Positions 30,323 through 38,383 of a DNA stretch of 64,000 nt are shown here, in pieces; the stretch's first letter is position 1, and the number at the start of each line of letters is the position of its first letter. Below the pieces are notes generated by a model. It did no database searches, was not told the DNA's origin, and saw only the letters and a list, made by a program, of their open reading frames with translations. Origin of the DNA: Candidatus Moanibacter sp. (GTDB lineage: Bacteria > Verrucomicrobiota > Verrucomicrobiia > Opitutales > UBA2987); NCBI GenBank assembly GCA_965215885.1, contig CBDCEW010000036.1, positions 1 through 64,000 on the forward strand. The letters are read 5' to 3'. The translations under genes and the position numbers were made by a program.

Positions 30323-33025
30323 GTGAAACCGGTAAGACTCAGTTTCAATAAAACCATTCTTTCGGGCCTGCTGTTCCTTGTGGCGGCGGCGGGTATGCCG
30401 GCACAGACCGTCCTCTTCGATACTGTGGCACTCAGTGAAGACGGCGCCCCGGGCACGGGTGGCGCTGAATTTTCGACGTTCGGTAAGCCCCATCTAAACC
30501 TTAGCGGCGATGTCGCTTTTCAAGCGTCCCTGGCGACGGGCGCGGGGGGAACAAACGGAAGTAATAATGACGGTATCTGGCTCGTTCGTCAGGGGGAAGC
30601 GCTGGAGCTTGTCTCTCGGACTGGAGATGCGGTCCCAACGTCGCCTTCCAACGCCGTTCAAGTTTCGTCGTTGGGTCAACCAGTCCTCGACAATCTTGGT
30701 AATGTGGCTTTCTTGGGGCGGCTCGAACCGTCGGCGGTGGGAGGAGTGCATAGTGCGAATGACGAAGGGATTTGGATTACGGCAGGTAATTCCGGTACTG
30801 GTGTTGCCGGTCTCTCGCTCCTTGCGAGGGAGGATGATCTCGCGGAAACCGATCTCGACGGCAATCGGCAGGGTCGCTACGGGTCCTTAGGCCAGCCCAC
30901 GATCAGTGGAAATGGAATTGTCTCCTTTAGCGGAGACCTTCGAGATGGTCAATTTGAAGGAGGCAATGGCGGCTGGTTTCTCCCCTATTCATCGGTCACC
31001 CCAGGCGAATCCGAACCAGCATTCCTGGTGGCGGTCTCCGGAGAAGCGGCTCCTGGTGTTTCGGGAAGAGAATTTCAGAAGATTGACCTCCCTCTCCAGG
31101 GCCGGTTTGGCGAGTTCGCCTTTAGAGCGACTACCGGTGAGGATGAGAGCGGTATCTGGTTGGGTGAACCCGGATCTTTGAACCTCCTGGCTGCGACAGG
31201 AAAGGCTGCTTCCGGTGCTCCTCAGGGGGCAGGTTTTTTCGAAGTCGGTCTGCCCGAAGTTAATACTTCCAGTGTTGTCGCCTATTGGGGAGGGCTCACG
31301 AGTGAAGCCAGTCCTGAGGGTATCTGGATATATCGGTCGGGTGACACTGAACTGGCGGTATTGGCGGGTGAAATGGCTCCAGGCTTACCCGTCGGGACGG
31401 TCTTCGATTTCTTCTATGATCCCGTGGTGAACGAATCAGCCTCTATCGCTTTTCTTGCCTACCTCAAATCCGATGATGGTGAAGTCGATGAAAACAACAA
31501 TCAGAGTATATGGGTGCGGGAAGTTGACGGCTCTCTTAATCTGCGAGCACGGTCTGGTGACAACGCTCCCGGAGCGCCCCCGGGCGTACGATTCGACACC
31601 TTGAGCAGCCCGACGCTGAATGACCTGGGACAGTTCGGATTTACCGCTTCGCTGGCGGCGGATGGGGATGAAGTCAGCAGCGAGAGCGATATGGGTGCTT
31701 GGGTTGTCGACCGCGATGGCACCCTGATTCCCGTGCTGCTTGAGGGCGATCAGTTGGAGTTTGGCGGAGGAGACATGCGCACGGTATCCGCTCTGATGAT
31801 TTCCGATATCAACAATAAGAGTCAGATGGCAGTTACAGTCGATTTTTCAGATGGCAGTTCCGGTGTTTTCAGTGTCGACCTGCCTGTGGAGGGCGCTGAT
31901 CCTCCACAAATTGTGTCGGCGCCTGAAGACCGGGAGATTGAGTTCGGGGAGACCTCTACGATGAGTTTCACAGTGAGCGGTAGCGAGCCGATTACCTACC
32001 AGTGGTATGAGGGGGCAATTGGCGATTTCTCGATTCCCATTGCCGGCGCTGACGGCACAACTTACACGACGGAGCCTCTCTTTGAGACAACCTCCTTTTG
32101 GATGCATGCTTCGAATCTTGCCGGGAGTCTCGAGAGTCCGGCCGTGACAGTAGCGGTTCCGGTAACACTGCTCGTTGAGGGATCGGCTGAACAAGTGAAT
32201 TTCGGTACTGAATTTCAGGGCAATACCTACAACGGCTTCGAGATGACGGGGTCAACGGCCACATTTTCTTCAATACCGGGTGAGATTACGCGCATCTCCT
32301 TTTTAGATCCCGACGGAGACCTCGCTTTTGCCGAATTTGGCGGTGAGAATCCCGGGACCACTTTGGCGATTACTCTGGATGAATTCGTCGCCGAAGTGCC
32401 CTCACCTTATAATCAGCCGGGTACTACTTATGTGCAGGGAAGCGCCATTTTCGTAGTTCAGAATTCCACATCCGCTACTTTCTTTTCCGTATTCAGTCTC
32501 GGTAACGATAGTGCCCGGGTGGATGTATCCCTCATAAACAGCACGACGTTTTCCGGTGATGTCGATGGAATCGCTGACATCAAGCTCATCAAGGTGGAGA
32601 AGGGTACTTCGGGAACAACCGAAATCGGTGGTATCAACGCAGCAAATGCGAACTTCACGGGTTCTGCCAGCGTTATTGGAATTAATGCCGCGGAGGTCAT
32701 CATTAGGGCTTTCCTTTTTATTGGGGATATTGCACCCTCCGGTTCCGCCCAGCCATGGATCCGTCTCAGTGCGGATTCGACTATTCCGTACATGCTTATT
32801 ACGGGCGGCGACTTCGCCGAGGCTGTAAACTCTTTCCAGATTGACACAGATGGAATCATTTGCCCGTTTCCTTTTCTCGCAACGGAAGGTCAGCGATCGA
32901 TCAGCAACGAAGGGACGCGGACGGACTTGGGCGACGGTGCCCTTCCTGCTATCACCGATACTTTCGTCAGCAATGCGAATGCCTATTTTGTTACGGACGG
33001 GCAGAACGTTGGTGCTGCCGATTGA
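30323..33025 (+). CDS. Secreted protein: NxxGxxAF-repeat propeller + Ig-like domain + shared C-terminal domain
   Basis: Signal peptide; repeats NLSGDVAF, DNLGNVAF, NESASIAF, NDLGQFGF; Ig motif TYQWYEG; start GTG 30323 inferred. Confidence 0.75.
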   Translation: MKPVRLSFNKTILSGLLFLVAAAGMPAQTVLFDTVALSEDGAPGTGGAEFSTFGKPHLNLSGDVAFQASLATGAGGTNGSNNDGIWLVRQGEALELVSRTGDAVPTSPSNAVQVSSLGQPVLDNLGNVAFLGRLEPSAVGGVHSANDEGIWITAGNSGTGVAGLSLLAREDDLAETDLDGNRQGRYGSLGQPTISGNGIVSFSGDLRDGQFEGGNGGWFLPYSSVTPGESEPAFLVAVSGEAAPGVSGREFQKIDLPLQGRFGEFAFRATTGEDESGIWLGEPGSLNLLAATGKAASGAPQGAGFFEVGLPEVNTSSVVAYWGGLTSEASPEGIWIYRSGDTELAVLAGEMAPGLPVGTVFDFFYDPVVNESASIAFLAYLKSDDGEVDENNNQSIWVREVDGSLNLRARSGDNAPGAPPGVRFDTLSSPTLNDLGQFGFTASLAADGDEVSSESDMGAWVVDRDGTLIPVLLEGDQLEFGGGDMRTVSALMISDINNKSQMAVTVDFSDGSSGVFSVDLPVEGADPPQIVSAPEDREIEFGETSTMSFTVSGSEPITYQWYEGAIGDFSIPIAGADGTTYTTEPLFETTSFWMHASNLAGSLESPAVTVAVPVTLLVEGSAEQVNFGTEFQGNTYNGFEMTGSTATFSSIPGEITRISFLDPDGDLAFAEFGGENPGTTLAITLDEFVAEVPSPYNQPGTTYVQGSAIFVVQNSTSATFFSVFSLGNDSARVDVSLINSTTFSGDVDGIADIKLIKVEKGTSGTTEIGGINAANANFTGSASVIGINAAEVIIRAFLFIGDIAPSGSAQPWIRLSADSTIPYMLITGGDFAEAVNSFQIDTDGIICPFPFLATEGQRSISNEGTRTDLGDGALPAITDTFVSNANAYFVTDGQNVGAAD

Positions 33026-33085
33026 GAATCCGGCATTCTAGCCCGGTTTGCCTCAAGGGATAGGCGCTGTAGACTGCCGGTATCC

Positions 33086-35005
33086 GTGTTCCAGCCAAGA
33101 CGCGCCTTTGGAATTCGTGAGAAAAGCGGGCTAAGTGCATTAGTCGCCGTTTCTTTTCTGTTTGGCGGTTTCTGCTTCGCTGATACTGCGGAACTTCCCA
33201 CCTCCAGGGATAACTCACTGTTCGAGCCTGAGCCCCCCTTCGATTTTAACAGCGCTGAGGCCAATAAGAGTAATGGCGCGGGCGACTTTATCTTCACGGG
33301 ACAGACGAAGCAGGGTGTCAACGGTCTGGGACGCCGCGCACTTGTCGCGTTCGATATCGTCGGAGCTATCCCATCAGGTGCCACCATTACGGATGTCTTT
33401 CTGCGGTTATACCTTTCACAGACAATTACACAGCCGAGCGTTATCGTGACGGAAGTTGCTCTGCACCGAGTTGTGAGCGATTGGGGAGAGGCGGATTCAG
33501 ATGCCTCGGGACAGGAGGGGGGTGGGGCCAACGCGCAGCCCAATGATGCCACCTGGTTGCATGCTTTTTTCAACACTCAAAATTGGAGCGAGGAAGGAGG
33601 TGATTTCGTCGCTATACCGAGCGCCTTCCTGGATGTAGGAACACGAAATCTATTCTATACATGGAAAGATATCGGTATGGTAAACGATGTTCAGTTCTGG
33701 CTCGATAACCCAGGCCAGAATTTCGGCTGGATAATCCTGGGGGACGAATCGATGCCCGGGACGGCCAAACGATTTGACAGCCGCGAGAGTTTCTTCTTCG
33801 ACAGCTCAAGCGGTCTTGCTACTGCCCCTCTACTCACTATTGAGTTCAGTGTTGGTAGCGACGTGCCAGTGATTGCTTCACCTCCTCCAACTCAGCTGAT
33901 TCCCTCTGGAGGTAGCGCTACCATCGGGTTCGCCGTTGCCGGTCCGGGACCGTTTACTTTTCAGTGGTATCAGGGGGTGAGTGGAGATACGGTCAATCCG
34001 ATTGGCGATGCCACCGCATCGACCTTTACCACTCCCGCATTATCTGAGACAGGTGACTTCTGGCTTCGTGTGTCGAACGCTCAGGGATCCGCGAATAGTG
34101 GGACCGTCTCCCTGGTCGTCCCGGAGGATACTTCCGTCAGTCCTCATTTGATCGCCGGGTCTGCCGACTTGGTCAATGATGGTACCGAATTTCAAGGTTT
34201 CATCTACAACGGTTTCGAAATAAACAGTCGCGTCGCCTCCTTTTCCTCAGCTCCTGGTACCATTACTCGCATCTCGTTCCTCGACCCTGACGGTGATCTC
34301 ATGTTTGCCGAATTCGGAAGTGATGACCCCGCAACGATTCTAACGATTACTCTCGAAGATTTCAAGGCGACCGTTCCCTCTCCCTATAACCAACCCGGCA
34401 CGACTTACGCTCAGGGATCGCCAATCTTTACAATTGAGAATTCCACTCCCCTCACTTTTTTCTCCACTTTCACTCTCGGTAATGACTCTGATAGGGTAGA
34501 CGTCTCGCTAATCAATTCTCAAACATTTGACGGTGCTGTTGATGGTATCGCCGATGTCCGATTGATCAGAGTCGTGGCGCCGGATGGAGCCTTTGTTAAC
34601 ATCGGCGGTATAAATGCTGCGAATGCGAATTTTGAGGCCCAGTCCGGTGTTATCGGTCTCGATGCGGAAGATGCCAATATCGAGAATTTTCTCTTTGTCG
34701 GTGACATTGAGCCATCGGGAAATGCCTTTTCCTGGTTAAGATTGCTGTCTCAATCTTTCCTTCCGGAAATCCTCATCAATGGCGGCGATCTGCGTGAGGC
34801 GACCGGCTCCCGCCAGATCGATACCAACGGTCTTGTTTATCCATTTTTGATCCTGGCTACCGATGGACAGCGGTCCATCAACAACAGTCCCTTACGGCCC
34901 GATCTTGACGACGGTTCCCTCGTCCCCGCCTCAGACACTTTCGTTGCGAACCCCGATCTCTATTTCGCTACCGATGGCCAGTCCACTGGCATCGCTGGAA
35001 ATTGA
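33086..35005 (+). CDS. Secreted protein: DNRLRE-like domain + Ig-like domain + shared C-terminal domain
   Basis: Signal peptide; RDNSLFE, RRALVAFD, WGE..DATW, VQFWLDNP..NFGW, FDSRE; Ig motif TFQWYQG. Confidence 0.75.
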   Translation: MFQPRRAFGIREKSGLSALVAVSFLFGGFCFADTAELPTSRDNSLFEPEPPFDFNSAEANKSNGAGDFIFTGQTKQGVNGLGRRALVAFDIVGAIPSGATITDVFLRLYLSQTITQPSVIVTEVALHRVVSDWGEADSDASGQEGGGANAQPNDATWLHAFFNTQNWSEEGGDFVAIPSAFLDVGTRNLFYTWKDIGMVNDVQFWLDNPGQNFGWIILGDESMPGTAKRFDSRESFFFDSSSGLATAPLLTIEFSVGSDVPVIASPPPTQLIPSGGSATIGFAVAGPGPFTFQWYQGVSGDTVNPIGDATASTFTTPALSETGDFWLRVSNAQGSANSGTVSLVVPEDTSVSPHLIAGSADLVNDGTEFQGFIYNGFEINSRVASFSSAPGTITRISFLDPDGDLMFAEFGSDDPATILTITLEDFKATVPSPYNQPGTTYAQGSPIFTIENSTPLTFFSTFTLGNDSDRVDVSLINSQTFDGAVDGIADVRLIRVVAPDGAFVNIGGINAANANFEAQSGVIGLDAEDANIENFLFVGDIEPSGNAFSWLRLLSQSFLPEILINGGDLREATGSRQIDTNGLVYPFLILATDGQRSINNSPLRPDLDDGSLVPASDTFVANPDLYFATDGQSTGIAGN

Positions 35006-35358
35006 AGCTTACGGCTGCGAAACAGCCAATTTGTAGAAACGCTCCCGCGTTCCTCTAAAGAGTGTACGCTCATCTTAATTCGTTTCGCCAGGATTTGGAC
35101 TATGTAGCCGGCTTCGCAAGAAGGCGGGGACGAGGTTCGATACGCCTAACTTGGTAATCACAGCTGATTTAGGGGTCGATGCCAAAACCGAACGCTTGCG
35201 CGTCCGGCTACCTCGTGATCTAAAATCGAAAGAAGAGAAGTTCGACAGGAGATTACGATTGAGAGTCACGATAGTAGAGGGGAGAACGGGTTGAATCTTT
35301 TTTCGTGATCTAAGATGCATTCTACTTAGATAGGTATGTAATTGATTTAAGGCATTCA

Positions 35359-35775
35359 GTGTCATACTCGGTAACCATGGTTGAATGTTCCAATGCGACT
35401 TTAGTCAGCAATTCCTTAGAAGCTTTAAACAGCGGCAATCCCAAACCCTTCCTGGAAATGATCGCGGAAGACGCCGTCTTTTATCTTTCAGGTGACAATC
35501 CGATTTCGGGAGAATACCGAGGTAATGAGGAAATTGCCTGCCTCTTTCAGAGAATTGTAAATCTGACCGAGACCCCGCCTTTCGTGGAAATAAACCATGT
35601 GCTTTCAGGGGATAGCGAGCATGTGGTCGCCATTTGGACCGCATACGGGACCCGCAAGGGGTTAAGTTATAAGGGCATAGCGGGCTATCTCTTTCGGCTG
35701 CTAGAAGGTAAGATCGTCGAAGCCAGAAGCCTCAATGAAGACCAGGCCGAAATTGATCGGTTTTGGTCGGCTTGA
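35359..35775 (+). CDS. SnoaL-like / NTF2-fold protein
   Basis: AEDAVFYLSGDNPISGEYRG, LFRLLEGKIVE, IDRFWS; start may be ATG 35377. Confidence 0.8.
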   Translation: MSYSVTMVECSNATLVSNSLEALNSGNPKPFLEMIAEDAVFYLSGDNPISGEYRGNEEIACLFQRIVNLTETPPFVEINHVLSGDSEHVVAIWTAYGTRKGLSYKGIAGYLFRLLEGKIVEARSLNEDQAEIDRFWSA

Positions 35776-35874
35776 ACGAGGCGAGTTAGTTGGGTCCTCG
35801 GCGCGGGCGGGCGGTTCAGATAGGAGTGAATTTTGGTACCGTTGCAGGTCGAAAAGCTCCCGTCCCGCTGCGCG

Positions 35875-37481
35875 CATTTGCGTTAACCTAAGGAGAAGAA
35901 ACAAGAGAGGAAATCAAGACGAGAACGCTTTTCATAGGTGCAGTGTTTGGGGATTTGTTTGAGCCATCGGGGGATGATCTGATCTTTGGGAAGGTGAGAG
36001 AGGATGAAGAAGTAGGGAGCAAAGAAGCCAAACCAGTAGGAGAATTTAAGGATACTCAGAGGAGAGGACAAACTGGTATTCGAATAGTGTCTAAGGGGAC
36101 CATAGACGAAGTTGAGTAAGTGGGTAATGAGGATGAGACGGGCGTAGATAAGAAGCTCAACCTGGTAGGGAGTAGTCTCTTTGACCTGACCGAGATTAAG
36201 ATGTTGCTTAAAGGCCTTAAAGAAAATTTCGATGCGCCAGCGAAGCCCGTAAAAGCTCAGAATCTGCTTAGGGCTAAAGTCTTTCTGATGGAGGTTGGTA
36301 ATAAAGATTTGGAAACCGAGAAGGAAGCTGGTGCGGCTGGTATATCGAAGTCTATTGTCGCGGTTTTGTCTATGCTCGCGGCGGCGTTTATGGGCCACCT
36401 TCTGAGGGAGTTTGACGGCGATCAGACGAACCGGAAGCTTGGCTTTTTTACCCACCCGAACGGGCATATCGAGAAGCTTTTGGCCACGTAAAAGTTTGCG
36501 TAGATCGAGCTCTTCATCGCCTTCGTTGGCTAAAAGGCAAGTGCCGGTTTTCAAACGACTCACAAAGAAGCAGCCGCGCTGATCGAGTTGCTTAAAGACA
36601 TCGAGGACAAAATAGCCTAAGTCGCGCAGGATCAAGTCGTTGGGTTGAGCGAGAGCGAGAATGTCTTTGGAAGCAGCCTGATCGTTTTTTCGGAAGCTAC
36701 TGAGGCTGAAGTCAACGAAGGATTCATTGCGCAGATCGTAATAGGCCTGAATCTTCAGTTGAGCCTGTTTGGAGCCTGTCTGATTGGACGCTCCGGGGAA
36801 GAAGGGGGCCAGGGACCTTAGGCAAGCCAATCGAAGTGCTGTCGGCAATGAGAACCCGTTCAAAGCTCCTCATGCAATTTGGAACAGCTCTGCCCACAGG
36901 CCCATAAGCTTTAAGTTCTAAAAGCCTCAGGAGCACTAAGGTCATAAAAGCGGTGGCTTTTTTGGCGCACTTTTGGACCGCTTGTCTGGAAATGGTGCGG
37001 TTGGCTAAGAATCCAATAAGCTCGGCTTCTTTGCCAAGGGACAAGGCCCCCTTAGAAGCCATCGCCAGCAAAGCCAAAACAAAGTTCAGAGGGGAGATCT
37101 TGCGCGATTTCCTCTCTCTAAAACCACTCTGTTTAGCGAGGGCTGTGAGGTTCAACTTACGGAAGGTTTGACGGATACAATCAGCTTTTTTTATACTTTG
37201 CATCCGAAGGATAAATCCTATATATGAACGAATGTACAGTATAAAATGCTGCCAAAGTGAAAAAAAATGGGGTAGACGGTAAAAGTAGAGAAGATAACCC
37301 GGCCAAAATGCACTCGCTCAACTGCGAATTTCCTCACCGCTGTGGTCGAAACGAAGCAAATAGAAAAGGGCGAACAAATGGAGTGGAACCTCGAGGATAG
37401 AGACACCCTCATACTCCGCCGCAAAATACCTCGCAAGTCTTTGAATCTGACTAAGTTGCGAAAATAAGGTTTACGCGTATG
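35875..37481 (-). mobile_element. IS4-family insertion sequence
   Basis: Imperfect CAT-starting IRs CATTTGCGTTAACCT / CATACGCGTAAACCT; no clear target-site duplication. Confidence 0.8.
35883..37203 (-). pseudogene. IS4 transposase with a +1 frameshift
   Basis: IADST, RDLGYF and YGLRWRIEIFFKAFK (YREK) motifs split over two frames; extra G in CCT AAG G TCC CTG near 36816. Confidence 0.85.
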
Positions 37482-37667
37482 CGCCGAGCGGGACTACCTT
37501 CTGAATCGGAGTGTGTAGCGGAAAGCGGAAGCTTTTCGATCCTCGCGAGTTTTCGAGAACGTGGACGAGCATCCCGCTGAGCGGGAAGAACGATATGTGA
37601 TCTGCTAAACCGGCAGTTCCCGCCCTCGAAATCTCGCCGGCAAACATCCAAGCACAGTGATCTTTCT

Positions 37668-37747
37668 AGGAGGGTGACTGAGGGGATTCGAACCCCCGAC
37701 CCCTGGAACCAGTCTGCCGTACGGCAGACCTCTGACGAGCTGAGCTA
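37668..37747 (-). repeat. Pseudo-tRNA: 44-bp duplicate of tRNA-His 3' half, 18-bp palindrome and degenerate D-arm
   Basis: 37668-37711 identical to 38018-38061; GTCTGCCGTACGGCAGAC at 37712-37729; TAGCTCAGCTCGTCAGAG (15/18 to the tRNA D-arm) at 37730-37747. Confidence 0.9.
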
Positions 37748-38002
37748 AGAGTAATCCAGAAATTCCGCCACGATCTCTTTCTTAATCCGGGCCCCACAAC
37801 CATGCTTGAAGAATCGTTCCCGTTTCATCGCCTGGCTTCGGGAGGGTGCCTGTTCCCAATAGATTAGCTGTGGATCTTTGAGCCGTCGTGTATAAGGGCA
37901 ATCACCGGAACGGTGTTGCAGCATACGATTCAAGAGATGGTTCGTCTGCCCGACATAAGATCGTTCGGTCTTCGGGCAATATAAAATGTAAACGTAGTAC
38001 AA
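37745..38002 (-). CDS. Stand-alone GIY-YIG endonuclease (~85 aa)
   Basis: YYVYILY..SYVGQT..R..QH..YT..Y.E..SRSQAMKRERFFK; TTG start at 38002 (the longer ORF runs into the tRNA). Confidence 0.88.
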   Translation of the reverse strand: MYYVYILYCPKTERSYVGQTNHLLNRMLQHRSGDCPYTRRLKDPQLIYWEQAPSRSQAMKRERFFKHGCGARIKKEIVAEFLDYS

Positions 38003-38022
38003 AAGCCCATCCGCTGAAGGAG

Positions 38023-38097
38023 GGTGACTGAGGGGATTCGAACCCCCGACCCCTGGAACCACAATCCAGTGCTCTAACCAACTGAGCTACAGCCACC
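38023..38097 (-). tRNA. tRNA-His (GTG), encoded G-1, CCA not encoded
   Basis: GGTGGCTGTAGCTCAGTTGGTTAGAGCACTGGATTGTGGTTCCAGGGGTCGGGGGTTCGAATCCCCTCAGTCACC folds as a cloverleaf with anticodon GTG. Confidence 0.96.
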
Positions 38098-38134
38098 ATA
38101 AAACCTGCCTCATAGCTTCGGCAGCTTTTATATT

Positions 38135-38164
38135 GTCTGTTACAAACGTTCGTTTGTAACAGAC
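38135..38164. repeat. 30-bp palindrome GTCTGTTACAAACG-TT-CGTTTGTAACAGAC upstream of tRNA-His
   Basis: Perfect 14-bp arms with a 2-nt centre. Confidence 0.8.
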
Positions 38165-38383
38165 GAGAGGAATACGACAAATCCAGATTGAAGTAATGAA
38201 CGCGTAGTTCCATTCGTGTCAACTTTCCTCTTCCTAATGCGGCGTAGACCATTTCCGAAAATCTACGCGGGTATCTGAATAGCCTGTTAGGCAGATGTCG
38301 GTGGTTGAATCCTTCGCATTCCACGAACGCACCGAGATAGCTGACTTTTTCCGCGAATTCAGAAAGCGAACTCCGACAGATTC

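Noticed and set aside
37668..37711. att site of a large integrative island, or a second functional tRNA
   Set aside because: The repeats are only 350 bp apart with no integrase; the copy lacks the 5' acceptor strand and an anticodon.
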